DNA from: an uncultured Glaciecola sp.
GTDB taxonomy: Bacteria; Pseudomonadota; Gammaproteobacteria; Enterobacterales; Alteromonadaceae
Assembly: GCA_964621345.1 (NCBI GenBank)
Contig: CAZUON010000005.1
Location: forward strand, 349-64,348
Direction of reading: 5' to 3'
DNA: 64,000 nt
Of this stretch, positions 20,901 through 30,976 are shown piece by piece (positions within the stretch are counted from its first letter, which is position 1; every line of letters begins with the position of its first letter). The notes beneath the pieces were generated by a model. That model made no database searches. It was not told the DNA's origin and worked only from the letters and a program-made list of their open reading frames with translations. The translations under genes and the position numbers were made by a program.

Positions 20901-21356
20901 ATGCAACAAGTTGAAGTAAAGATTCTCGATGATCGAATTGGCAAGGACATTCCACTCCCAACATATGCAACTGAAGGCTCTGCAGGCATCGATTTAAGAG
21001 CCTGTATCGACCAGGATGTCACCTTACAACCCGGGCAGACCGAATTAATCCCTACCGGTATCGCGATTCACATGAAAAACACAAATATGGCGGCTACCAT
21101 ATTGCCCCGCTCAGGTTTAGGGCATAAAAAAGGCATTGTGTTAGGCAATCTGGTGGGTTTAATTGACTCTGACTATCAGGGACAACTATTCATATCTTGC
21201 TGGAATAGAGGGCAAGAGGCATACACAATTGAGCCAGCAGAGCGTATTGCACAGTTAGTATTTCTTCCTATCATTCAACCACGATTTGTTGTGGTTGACG
21301 ATTTTGCTAGCAGTGAGCGTGGTGAAGGTGGATTTGGCTCTTCGGGCAGCCAATAA
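20901..21356 (+). CDS. dut: dUTP diphosphatase
   Basis: [51 protein letters not shown] and [14 protein letters not shown] at 20901 with AAGGA 10 nt upstream. The track's 20820 start adds an implausible extension. Confidence 0.93.
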   Translation: MQQVEVKILDDRIGKDIPLPTYATEGSAGIDLRACIDQDVTLQPGQTELIPTGIAIHMKNTNMAATILPRSGLGHKKGIVLGNLVGLIDSDYQGQLFISCWNRGQEAYTIEPAERIAQLVFLPIIQPRFVVVDDFASSERGEGGFGSSGSQ

Positions 21357-21387
21357 CATGCGTATTTAAAGTGTATTCGTACTCAAT

Positions 21388-21418
21388 AAAAAGGGCAGTC
21401 ACTGGAGACTGCCCTTTT
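21388..21418. terminator. Bidirectional terminator between convergent dut and the acyl-CoA ligase
   Basis: AAAAAGGGCAGTC-ACTGGA-GACTGCCCTTTT. Confidence 0.7.
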
Positions 21419-21444
21419 ACGTTATCTTTTGCTTAGCACCTTAT

Positions 21445-23166
21445 TTACGCATCGTGCCATACGATTTTATCTTGGTAATCGCCCAAGATAATCGGTGCAA
21501 ATCGCTCCTCAATGACATGACGTTTTACTTTTAAAGTAGGTGTGAGTAAATCATTTTCAATCGACCATTCTTGTGAAAATACGACCATACGGTCGAGGCG
21601 CTGATGGCTTTCAAGTTTCACATTTAGGCTGTTAAGCGTTTGTGTTAAAGACGCACTTATATCGTCTTTATTTTGTCGACGCGCCTCCTCAGATAAAACC
21701 AATAATGCGATAGGTTGTGGTAAGCCAGTTCCCGTCACGCAAACTTGCTCAACAATAGGATTTTCCATGATTTTGGCTTCAATCGGCGCTGGGGTAACAT
21801 ACTTTCCTTTTTCAGTTTTGAAAATATCTTTAAGCCGCCCAGTAATTCGCACGTACCCTTCAGAATCGATTTCACCTTTGTCACCAGTTCGCAGATATCC
21901 ATCGTTGGTGAATACGCCACTGGTTTTTTCTTGATCTTTATAATAGCCAATCATGTTGCAAGGCGACTTCACCTGAATCTCACCGTCTTCAGCGATGCGG
22001 ATATCAACGCCTTCATAGGCTTGGCCAATGCAGCCAATTTTGTCATGTCTAAAAGGTACGCTACTGGTGCCGTAAGCACAGTTTTCAGTCATTCCCCACC
22101 CTTCAGATATATTGATACCTATTTTGCTAAACCATTCTATGGTCGCCGGAGCAAGCGGTGCTGAGCCTGACGCCCAAAGACGTGCAGAACCAAGCCCTAA
22201 CTGCTCTCTTATTTTTGCTGCTACTTTTTTGCCAACAAAGGGAATACTTAACAAGAAATTAAGTTTCTTCTGGGGAATTTTACCCAATACGCCCATCTGA
22301 AACTTCGTCCAAAGTCTTGGTACTGAGATAAATAAAGTAGGTTGGCAACTTTTAACATCGCGGGCAAAAGTGTCTAAAGACTCAACAAAGTGCAGCGTCA
22401 TTCCCGAATAAAAACTGGCAAGCTCTACTAATACTCGCTCAGTAATGTGGGCAAGTGGTAGGTAGCTCATGATTCTATCGTCAGCGTTGACCGTGAGTGC
22501 ACTCAAGGAGCTTTGGGCAGCCCAACAAATCGTCTGATAGGTATGCACAACGCCCTTGGGCTGGCCCGTACTACCGGAGGTATAAATGATGGTCATAATT
22601 TCATTCATATCTGGCACAGGGCTTTCATTTAAAGGCAAGATATCGGTAAATTCTTCCCACGAATGAGCGCCAGGCAGGTCTGGGTAAGGAAGATTGACAC
22701 TCACGATATCTTTAGACGCTAACACTTCTTTAACAGCATCTACACTGTCGAGCTTACCGATAAATAGCAATGGACACTGCGAATGCTCTAGTACATAACT
22801 AATGGTATCGCTGCCGGCGGTCGCAAATATGGGCACCGAAATATGGCCTGCCATCATGATCCCCAAATCGGTGATGATCCACTCAGCAGTATTTTTTGCC
22901 AACACCGCAATACGGGTGCCAGACTCGTAATTCATACTTTTTAGCTTTGCCGCTACTTTGCGTGCTTCTGTTGCAGTTTCTGCCCACGTATAGGTACGCG
23001 TTTTCTCGCCGGCTAATGGCTGAGTTAGATATAGTTGCGAAGGATGCTCAGTCTCCCATTTGTAAAGCATACTTAGTGGAGAGTTTATTGCTTGTTGTGT
23101 TTGTACATTGTTGTTGGCGCTTATGTGCGCTGCTTCAGCATTCAGGTTGTCTAAGGGCATGGGCAT
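21445..23166 (-). CDS. Long-chain fatty-acid--CoA ligase (AMP-dependent synthetase)
   Basis: 573 aa. AMP-binding motif IIYTSGSTGQPKGV, plus GWGMTE, YLRTGDKG and KGKYVTPAPIE. Confidence 0.9.
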   Translation of the reverse strand: MPMPLDNLNAEAAHISANNNVQTQQAINSPLSMLYKWETEHPSQLYLTQPLAGEKTRTYTWAETATEARKVAAKLKSMNYESGTRIAVLAKNTAEWIITDLGIMMAGHISVPIFATAGSDTISYVLEHSQCPLLFIGKLDSVDAVKEVLASKDIVSVNLPYPDLPGAHSWEEFTDILPLNESPVPDMNEIMTIIYTSGSTGQPKGVVHTYQTICWAAQSSLSALTVNADDRIMSYLPLAHITERVLVELASFYSGMTLHFVESLDTFARDVKSCQPTLFISVPRLWTKFQMGVLGKIPQKKLNFLLSIPFVGKKVAAKIREQLGLGSARLWASGSAPLAPATIEWFSKIGINISEGWGMTENCAYGTSSVPFRHDKIGCIGQAYEGVDIRIAEDGEIQVKSPCNMIGYYKDQEKTSGVFTNDGYLRTGDKGEIDSEGYVRITGRLKDIFKTEKGKYVTPAPIEAKIMENPIVEQVCVTGTGLPQPIALLVLSEEARRQNKDDISASLTQTLNSLNVKLESHQRLDRMVVFSQEWSIENDLLTPTLKVKRHVIEERFAPIILGDYQDKIVWHDA

Positions 23167-23284
23167 TCCAAATAATTCTCATAATTGTTACATAACATTC
23201 ACATACGAATAATAATGCAAGATTGCTCAATATAAACAACTGATTTTTTATGATAATTACGCAGTTTTTTCAGTGATAACGCTA

Positions 23285-26200
23285 TTAGCCTTTAGTTTCG
23301 CCGTTTCTGGGCGTATTTGATTGGAGATTTACCACGTTCATTGGCGAATTTTGATGATTATTAAACCAAGCTTTAGACAACATTGGGAAGGTTTGTTCTA
23401 CCGGGACGGGGCGTGAAAAATAATACCCTTGAACAAGTTTGCATTTACTGCTTAAAAAATAATTAAACTGTTCTTTTGTTTCCACCCCTTCAGCCACCGT
23501 ATCAACCTTTAAAAGCTCAGCCATTACTAAGGTTGAAAAGACGATTGATGATGAAGTGTCATCGCTAATTACATCATCAACAAAGGATTTATCAAGTTTG
23601 AGCACGTCTATCGGAAAATCTTTTAGGTATTTGAGCGACGAGTAACCCGTACCAAAGTCATCTAAGGCTATTTTAAAGCCATATGCACGAAGTGCATTCA
23701 TGTACCCCACACTTATTTCGCTATTTTCCATCAATAAACTTTCAGTGATTTCAAAACGAATAGCGCTCACAGGTAAATGGTACTTATGCAAAAGCCCCAT
23801 TACCATTTCCGCATTAAATGCGCGTTTAAAGTGTTTAGCAGACAGATTAATTGATACATACCCGCTAAACCCCTCTTTATACCAACGATGTAAATCGACC
23901 ATAGCGCATTCAATGGCTTGCTCTGTCATCTCTATGATGCAATCGATTTGCTCTGCAATAGGGATAAATACATCCGGTGGTATAAGATTACCCTCATCAA
24001 TCCAGCGCAATAAGAGTTCAAAACCTTCTGTTTTCGCCGTTTTAAGATTGACGATGGGTTGATAATAGTTAACAAAATCGCGCTGCAGCAACGCCACTTT
24101 TATTTTACTTTCTAATAAGATGTCGGCGTGTGCCTTTTCATCCATTGCAGATGCATAATACGCGAAGGTATTTTTTCCGTTTTCTTTTGCTTGGTACATG
24201 GCAATATCTGCGTTGCGGATAAGTTGCTGTGCATCCGTTGCATGCTCTGGGTACATAGCTATACCGATGCTCGCTGATAGATTAATCGATTGCTGTCCTA
24301 TCGGAATCGGTCGCATCAGCAGTTGAAGCAAATCGCTACAAAGCTTTTCTATGGATGCGCGGTCTTTTATCTCGCTCAACACCACCACAAATTCATCACC
24401 GCCAAGTCGGGAAACACAGTCCTGGCCTCTAAATTTACTGCTCAAACGTTGTGAAATTTCAATTAGTACTTTATCACCCGCCTGATGACCAAAGCTGTCA
24501 TTGATTGGCTTAAATCTGTCCAAATCTATAAATAATACTGCTAGTTTTTCTAGATGACGCTTTGAGTAATGAATGGATTGCTTTAACCGTTCCACCAACA
24601 AAGCACGATTTACTAAACCAGTGAGCGCATCATAGTTAGTCAGCTTTTGAAGCTCTTGTTGAGCCTGAATTTGTTCACTGATATCGGTAAAAATACAAAG
24701 GTAGTGATCGACATTAAATTGATTCTCAAGATGTGGGATTGCTTTGACATCCGCAAGCAGCGTCATTTTGTTCCCGTTGATGAGAATTGACGCCTCAGTT
24801 TTGTATCGTTCGCCCGCTTTTAGACTTAATAATTGATTATTTAAAAGCTTGAGCTCACTTTTATGTTCTTCGTTGATGCGTTTGATTTGCCCACCTAAAG
24901 GACGCCTATCGTCAATACCAAATGCTTGCATAAATGATGGATTCGCAGCCTTCGGATTTAATTTTTTATTTAAAATTAACACCCAATCACGAGTATGATT
25001 AAACGCCTCACCGAATACTTTTAGTTTCTCTTTAGCCGCCATCTCTGACGTTAGATTGGTATAGGTACCACTGACCGTTCTCACCCCATTTTTGAGTATT
25101 TTAAGGCTACCCACATCTCGATACCAAAGCTGCTTCCCATCTCCTCTAATCAAGCGGTAGGTTATGTCCAATAACTTATCATCCTTGGCAACAAAGCGCT
25201 CCCAATGTTTTAAATATGGCTTTTGGTCCTCTGGATGAAGCAACTCAACAAAATCATTAAAATCAATCGCCTCATAATTTAGCTTCAAATCCTCAATCAG
25301 ACGTGGACCATGGAAAGTATCTGTATCACTTTGCCACTCCCAAATATCAGCATTGCTCGCTTTTAGAGCATTGGTTAGACGTGTATTGTAATCAGCAACC
25401 TTACGACCCGCTTCATGCAGGACTTTTTGAGTCTGGAAGCGTCGCCACAATAAGGTGATTACGATAATCAACACCAAACCAGCAAACGCCATTACAAACA
25501 ATGGCGAAATATGCGCAGCATGCTTTACGCGCACATCAATAGACGCCTTTGCCTGCTCTTTGTCGGCTACATTAGCGTTCAGTATCTCAATCGTATAATC
25601 ACCAGACTCTAGCGTAGGTAATAATATTTCATTACTAGTAACCGGTGGATAGGTCGTTACTCTCCCATCGTCAATGATACGATATTGATAAGTATTCAAA
25701 TTCGCTTTATCAAAATTTAACATGTTGTACTTGAGCGTTAGTCCAACATCGTCTTCATCTAACTCTATTCGTTGACCGCTTAAGTTGGAATACGGAAGGT
25801 TGAGCTCTCTGTTGGCAAGGGAGATCGCCGTAATAACCGGTGCTTGAGAGCTCCGTTTGTACTGTTTCTTTAATTCGTCAGGGCTAAAAATCGTAAATCC
25901 AAGATTTCCACCATATACCAACTTACCATCGGCTAACGCGACCGAAGCCCCCTCATTAAACTCCGATGAGGCTAAACCACTGACATAACCAAAACTTTTT
26001 ACAACTTCGTCGGTGGTCGAGAGCATATGAACACCGGAATGTGACGAGAACCAAATATCCCCTGCAGCATCCAGAGATAAGCTATAAACGGTATTGGTGG
26101 GTAATAGATTTTGCTTATTGAATAGCGCTAATTGAGAGAAGTTTTTACCATTTAATTTATAAAGACCAATCCCCAAATAAGACAGCCAAAAGTTATCACG

Positions 26201-27955
26201 GTCATCCCGTAGCCAACTGCTTGGGGTAGTCATAATGTTTGCACCGTCTTTTGCCGCAGAATGAAGCAAGCGAAGCGCTCTAGTATCGGGGTCAATGCCC
26301 CAGAGCTCTGCCGCGGTAGAGAGCAATATTTGCTGACTTCCTGCATCAAAGCCCAAGAAGCTTGCAGTGGAAGCGGATGCTAAATGCAAGCTTCCATCAC
26401 GAAGTGGGAGTGTAAACACCTCATCATTTGCAAGGTCTAGCCTGATTATTCCATCATCATTACTCAACCAAATAATGTTCGTACTTTGAGCAAATAAGGA
26501 GAATACAAAACTGTTAAGCGCAGCCTGAACATTTTCGCCAAAGCGAGTGTTTGGTAGTGCTTCCCCTGATGCAATATCAAATTCAACGACCCCCTCACCG
26601 TGCGTTAACCATAAAGATTCACGGGTTCGTGCATTAATTTCATAAATATCGGACTCGCTGTAACTTAATCGACCGCCATCATTAACTAAAAACTGACTAA
26701 TAGACCCCGTGTTTAAATCATATTTGTTGAGACCGTTGCTTGTTCCAATCCACAGGGCATCGTTTGAATGCTGAAACAAGCTATGCACTACATTATGGCT
26801 TAGTCTATCTTCAGCATTCATTTTAGTTGTGGCAAACACGTTATTAAAAGACAGGCTATTAGGCGACCACATCATGGCACCGCTTTTATACGTGGCAAAC
26901 CATAAATTCCCTAAATCGTCGGCCTCAATCTCCATAATGTCTGACGTAGAAAGCACCTGATACTGCTTGTTTAGCTCAAACAAATAATCGAGTTGCTCTC
27001 CTTCTACACTGGTTTCGTAAAGACCAATATCGGTTGCAACGTAAATTTCATCAAAACGCCCTGGTTGTATGTCCCAAATATTTCTAGTTTCATTAAGCAC
27101 CTCTATCGTTGGTGGATCCCATGCATCAAAAATGTATTTAAGTGCGCCGCCAATATCAAGCTTGTACAAACCTTCGACCGTCCCTACCCATAGTTTTACC
27201 TCATCGGGAGAGAATAAAAGTTTTACGTTATTTGCACTTTCACTTGTATTGTTTGTATGCAGGACCAGATGCAAAATACCGCTGACACTATCTAAAGCCC
27301 ATAGGTGTTTTGTTGTGCCTATAAAATAAATATTCTTGTGTGGATAGAGGCTTCTTATACTCTCTCCATTTAATACTTGCTGATCCGATAATTCAAAAAT
27401 AGTCTGCAATTCATTGCTCTGGCTATCAAGGCGATAAACGCCTTCATTTAGCGCAATAATGACGTTATTTTGATTATCTCTGAGAATCACATCTGCATAT
27501 TGTGGCCACTGCGAATCAAAACGATAACTTTTGTTAATCACAGACGTGGTTTCGCCGCTTTGCTTGTCAAACTTCAAAATACCTGAAAGCCCCGTGGAAA
27601 GAAGCAAATAACGCTCATCGTATTCAAATATCGTGTACACGGGGTTGTTCTCTAAAATGCCGTCGCGACCTCTGATATTGATAGTGTCTACGCCATCATG
27701 GCGGTCCAAACCATCATCATTACCAATCCACAAAAAGCCTTCACTATCAACGAGGAGTGCTTCAACGCTATCTTGAGATAAACCGTTATTAGTGTCTAAA
27801 TATGTGAGTCTAGGAGACGTGATACTGGGGCTAACATTTGCTGCTTCGGCATATATTGAGAATATAAGGATGACCAAGCATATACTTAACAAAGCAAGCT
27901 TGCGAAGAGAGATAAAATACTGCGGTGTACGCGTCGATAAAACAAGCGCCATCAT
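23285..27955 (-). CDS. Sensor diguanylate cyclase/phosphodiesterase. Periplasmic two-component-regulator propeller repeats with a Y_Y_Y-type domain, then TM, PAS, GGDEF and EAL.
   Basis: 1556 aa. About 800 aa of repeated propeller-like units (LWIGT.. GL..), TM LFVMAFAGLVLIIVITLLW, and PAS regions. GGDEF is intact (RLGGDEFVV). The EAL domain has ELLLRW, DDFGTGYSSL, KLDKSF, EGVET and QGYYFSRP. Confidence 0.9.
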   Translation of the reverse strand: MMALVLSTRTPQYFISLRKLALLSICLVILIFSIYAEAANVSPSITSPRLTYLDTNNGLSQDSVEALLVDSEGFLWIGNDDGLDRHDGVDTINIRGRDGILENNPVYTIFEYDERYLLLSTGLSGILKFDKQSGETTSVINKSYRFDSQWPQYADVILRDNQNNVIIALNEGVYRLDSQSNELQTIFELSDQQVLNGESIRSLYPHKNIYFIGTTKHLWALDSVSGILHLVLHTNNTSESANNVKLLFSPDEVKLWVGTVEGLYKLDIGGALKYIFDAWDPPTIEVLNETRNIWDIQPGRFDEIYVATDIGLYETSVEGEQLDYLFELNKQYQVLSTSDIMEIEADDLGNLWFATYKSGAMMWSPNSLSFNNVFATTKMNAEDRLSHNVVHSLFQHSNDALWIGTSNGLNKYDLNTGSISQFLVNDGGRLSYSESDIYEINARTRESLWLTHGEGVVEFDIASGEALPNTRFGENVQAALNSFVFSLFAQSTNIIWLSNDDGIIRLDLANDEVFTLPLRDGSLHLASASTASFLGFDAGSQQILLSTAAELWGIDPDTRALRLLHSAAKDGANIMTTPSSWLRDDRDNFWLSYLGIGLYKLNGKNFSQLALFNKQNLLPTNTVYSLSLDAAGDIWFSSHSGVHMLSTTDEVVKSFGYVSGLASSEFNEGASVALADGKLVYGGNLGFTIFSPDELKKQYKRSSQAPVITAISLANRELNLPYSNLSGQRIELDEDDVGLTLKYNMLNFDKANLNTYQYRIIDDGRVTTYPPVTSNEILLPTLESGDYTIEILNANVADKEQAKASIDVRVKHAAHISPLFVMAFAGLVLIIVITLLWRRFQTQKVLHEAGRKVADYNTRLTNALKASNADIWEWQSDTDTFHGPRLIEDLKLNYEAIDFNDFVELLHPEDQKPYLKHWERFVAKDDKLLDITYRLIRGDGKQLWYRDVGSLKILKNGVRTVSGTYTNLTSEMAAKEKLKVFGEAFNHTRDWVLILNKKLNPKAANPSFMQAFGIDDRRPLGGQIKRINEEHKSELKLLNNQLLSLKAGERYKTEASILINGNKMTLLADVKAIPHLENQFNVDHYLCIFTDISEQIQAQQELQKLTNYDALTGLVNRALLVERLKQSIHYSKRHLEKLAVLFIDLDRFKPINDSFGHQAGDKVLIEISQRLSSKFRGQDCVSRLGGDEFVVVLSEIKDRASIEKLCSDLLQLLMRPIPIGQQSINLSASIGIAMYPEHATDAQQLIRNADIAMYQAKENGKNTFAYYASAMDEKAHADILLESKIKVALLQRDFVNYYQPIVNLKTAKTEGFELLLRWIDEGNLIPPDVFIPIAEQIDCIIEMTEQAIECAMVDLHRWYKEGFSGYVSINLSAKHFKRAFNAEMVMGLLHKYHLPVSAIRFEITESLLMENSEISVGYMNALRAYGFKIALDDFGTGYSSLKYLKDFPIDVLKLDKSFVDDVISDDTSSSIVFSTLVMAELLKVDTVAEGVETKEQFNYFLSSKCKLVQGYYFSRPVPVEQTFPMLSKAWFNNHQNSPMNVVNLQSNTPRNGETKG

Positions 27956-28119
27956 GGACTACCAAGTGTTAACTATACTGAGCTCTAAAACGTATGCATT
28001 AGTGACTTTAACGCACGGTTAATATAGCTTATATCACATTGGAATTGAATATACCAATACGCGCTACCCCTTATCATTTCTGTGTTACATTAAACTTGCT
28101 ACTAAAGTATATATTTTTC

Positions 28120-29487
28120 TTAGTTATCTATTGCTATACGTCTTGCACTAACAAAATTACGCTTTATGGCGGTTTGTGGTTTTAATACAAATAGGTCGCC
28201 ATTCTTACCGACCAAGTGCTTGTGAACGCCAGCCTGTTTTGCTACTTCTGCATTGGCTTGCATATGCTCTGCCTCTCCATGGACGGGTATTGCAATAGCG
28301 GGTTTTACAAGCGAATACATGTCTGATAAGTCGCCTTGATTAGGATGGCCGGATGCATGAATAATTTCATCTGTATTTTCAGACTGAAAGACATCAACTT
28401 TGCGTTCAACGAGTTTATTCACAATATTAGCAATAGGCTTTTCGTTACCAGGGATAACGATACTACTGAAGATCACGCAATCCCCCTCTTCTAAGTCGCA
28501 GTCACGGTGTTCATTACTGGCGAGTTTCGCCAGGCCAGCACGAGGTTCTCCCTGACTGCCCGTAGCGATAATCATTACTTCGTGAGCAGGCAAGTATCCA
28601 ATATGCCGGCGGTGAGTGAGTTTGAGTTCTTCAGGCCAATAACCGCAGCGCCGAGCAACACTCACCATATTTTCTAATGAGCGCCCGAAAAGGGCTGCAT
28701 AGCGCCCCGCATCGTTCGCTATTTTCACAAGCGTAATCAAACGTGCTACGTTACTGGCAAAGCAGCTAACCACCACACGTCCTTTTGCTCGGCTTATAAT
28801 CTTGCCTAGGCCTTTTTCGCATGATTTCTCAGAACGGGAGTAACCGGGTTTTAGCGCGTTAGTCGAGTCACAGACCATGGCCAATATATTGTCTTGTTGT
28901 AAATCACTGAAGCGCTTAGCATCAAAAGGCTTGCCCAAAACAGGTTGTGCATCGATTTTCCAATCCGCGGTATGAAATATACTGCCCAAGGCGGTGGTAA
29001 TTTTAATCGCCTGGGGTTCAGGTAGCGAGTGAGTAATATCTAACCAGCTTACCGTAAATGGCCCTATGTCTAAGCTCGTATTAGGTGCAACGACAACAAT
29101 GGGTAAATTCTCAAAGACTCCTCGTTGATAAAACTTGCGTTTTAAGACCTCCGCGGTAAAGGGCGTTGCATAAATAGGACAACCTAGGTTAGGCCAAAGA
29201 GCAGTAACTGCGCCAATATGATCCTCGTGGGCATGCGTTAACACCAATCCACATAAGCTGTCTTTTCTTGACTCAATAAAACTTGGGTCTGCAGCGACAA
29301 CATCGTACTTTTTTACGCCCGTTCTATTGTCATCTTCTGGGTTTAGTGGCGACTGAAAGGTGGCACCGCAATCTACCATTAGCCAAGACTGACTGTGGCC
29401 ATACAGATTCATATTCATGCCAATTTCTCCGGTACCCCCTAATGGGAGAAACCAGAGTTCTTGTGCGGTCGGTAAGTTTGAATCCAT
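28120..29487 (-). CDS. RNase J-like metallo-beta-lactamase / beta-CASP family hydrolase
   Basis: 455 aa. LPLGGTGEIGMN, HAHEDHIG and ASGH. It ends soon after the beta-CASP motifs, with no long C-terminal domain. Confidence 0.75.
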   Translation of the reverse strand: MDSNLPTAQELWFLPLGGTGEIGMNMNLYGHSQSWLMVDCGATFQSPLNPEDDNRTGVKKYDVVAADPSFIESRKDSLCGLVLTHAHEDHIGAVTALWPNLGCPIYATPFTAEVLKRKFYQRGVFENLPIVVVAPNTSLDIGPFTVSWLDITHSLPEPQAIKITTALGSIFHTADWKIDAQPVLGKPFDAKRFSDLQQDNILAMVCDSTNALKPGYSRSEKSCEKGLGKIISRAKGRVVVSCFASNVARLITLVKIANDAGRYAALFGRSLENMVSVARRCGYWPEELKLTHRRHIGYLPAHEVMIIATGSQGEPRAGLAKLASNEHRDCDLEEGDCVIFSSIVIPGNEKPIANIVNKLVERKVDVFQSENTDEIIHASGHPNQGDLSDMYSLVKPAIAIPVHGEAEHMQANAEVAKQAGVHKHLVGKNGDLFVLKPQTAIKRNFVSARRIAIDN

Positions 29488-29687
29488 AATAGCGAGGCAA
29501 ATTCCTAATGTTGGTTTGGATGTATCGGGTATAGCGCTTTAATATCGGATTAATTACGTCAAATTTCGATTAGCCGATCGTAAATCATTTCGCTTTTTCA
29601 CTATTTGTTTTAAGGTTCGCAATCTTGTCATTTAATGATTATCCTTAATTCATTCTTAGTTCATTGTTAACGCTAATTAGTTTTATT

Positions 29688-30395
29688 ATGTCACAGACTT
29701 CCCAGCGTAATTTTACGCTCGATGTAGCCCGAACCACTGCAATAGTGTTAATGGTTATCTTTCATTTTATTTATGATTTGCGTTTATTTGCCTTTGTCAC
29801 TTGGAATATCCCCGACGGCGAAGGCTGGATTCAATTTAGATGGGTAATTGTGACCTTGTTTTTTCTTGCCTTAGGGATATCTCTGAGCTTTACCCACAAA
29901 GAACGAATACGCTATAAAAAACTATTTAAACGCGTCGCGCAAATTAGCGCGGGGGCGCTGATTATTTCTATTGGCAGTTATATTTTTGTACGCGAAAATT
30001 GGATTTTTTTTGGCGTATTGCATTTTTTGGCACTCGCCAGTTTGCTGTGTGTAGGTTTTGCCAATAAACCAAAACTCAGCTTTTTGATTGGGCTTGGCTT
30101 TTTCGCCCTTGCCTCAACTCAATGGCTCATTCCTCGCTGGCCTTTTCACCTGTTATTTAACAATTTGCCTGCATATACAAATGACTTCGTAGCAATTGTC
30201 CCATGGCTGGGCATGGTCTTTTTTGGCATCAGTTTAGGCCATAACTCATGGTTTAAAAGCGACCCCTTGAAAGCGATGCGTACAAAATCTTATGCCAATT
30301 ATTTAGTATGGCCAGGACAGCATAGTTTAATGATTTATCTGCTGCATCAGCCGATTATGATTGCGTTGGTATATTTGTTTTATCGCGCACTCTAA
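29688..30395 (+). CDS. Multi-pass membrane protein, DUF1624 / heparan-alpha-glucosaminide N-acetyltransferase-like
   Basis: RNFTLDVARTTAIVLMVIFHF resembles the DUF1624 N-terminal motif. About 7 hydrophobic segments. I prefer the ATG at 29688 over the TTG at 29664. Confidence 0.55.
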   Translation: MSQTSQRNFTLDVARTTAIVLMVIFHFIYDLRLFAFVTWNIPDGEGWIQFRWVIVTLFFLALGISLSFTHKERIRYKKLFKRVAQISAGALIISIGSYIFVRENWIFFGVLHFLALASLLCVGFANKPKLSFLIGLGFFALASTQWLIPRWPFHLLFNNLPAYTNDFVAIVPWLGMVFFGISLGHNSWFKSDPLKAMRTKSYANYLVWPGQHSLMIYLLHQPIMIALVYLFYRAL

Positions 30396-30448
30396 AAGCT
30401 CAAGTTTTTCAATACTTTCGGCTGCATTGAACATCGTTTTACGAACTG

Positions 30449-30880
30449 CTACCAAACGCCGTATGGTAAGGGTTTCGGTTGTTCCCTTACAAAGGTAAAT
30501 TGATATTTATTTTCCACTTGCTGGGTTATCACATCCCAGTTCAAAGCTTCAAAAGTTTGCGAAAAATTAAAACTCAAAAGCGGCGCATCAATAGAAGAAA
30601 TGTAATGCATCTGGGTATCTAAACTGCGCTGGCTTAATACCTCATATTGCTCATATTCTTTAAAACGTGTGGCATATACCATTACCTGGTTGACCTGTTG
30701 AGGAGTGAAATTATCAAATACCAAAACAAAGTCGCTATCACCTATCGCGTCATTGTTTAATATTGAATCGTTTAACAGGCTATTGGCAAATACGAGGGGG
30801 GAATAAGACAAATATACTGCCAATACTAAGCTTACAAGCACCTTGGCAGGCGAAAATCGAGAGCCTAACTGCATTGTCAT
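30449..30880 (-). CDS. Hypothetical secreted protein (last gene of the 30.4-45.4 kb cluster)
   Basis: Signal peptide MTMQLGSRFSPAKVLVSLVLAVYLSYSPLVFA. I prefer the ATG at 30880 over the TTG at 30922. No recognisable family. Confidence 0.45.
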   Translation of the reverse strand: MTMQLGSRFSPAKVLVSLVLAVYLSYSPLVFANSLLNDSILNNDAIGDSDFVLVFDNFTPQQVNQVMVYATRFKEYEQYEVLSQRSLDTQMHYISSIDAPLLSFNFSQTFEALNWDVITQQVENKYQFTFVREQPKPLPYGVW

Positions 30881-30976
30881 ATTGTGCCTAACCTCAACAT
30901 TCTGGTTTATTGCTGCCTGCAATGGTTTTTATGTTTGTGCTTTGGCAACAATATAAAGCGTAACTTGTTAGATAAA

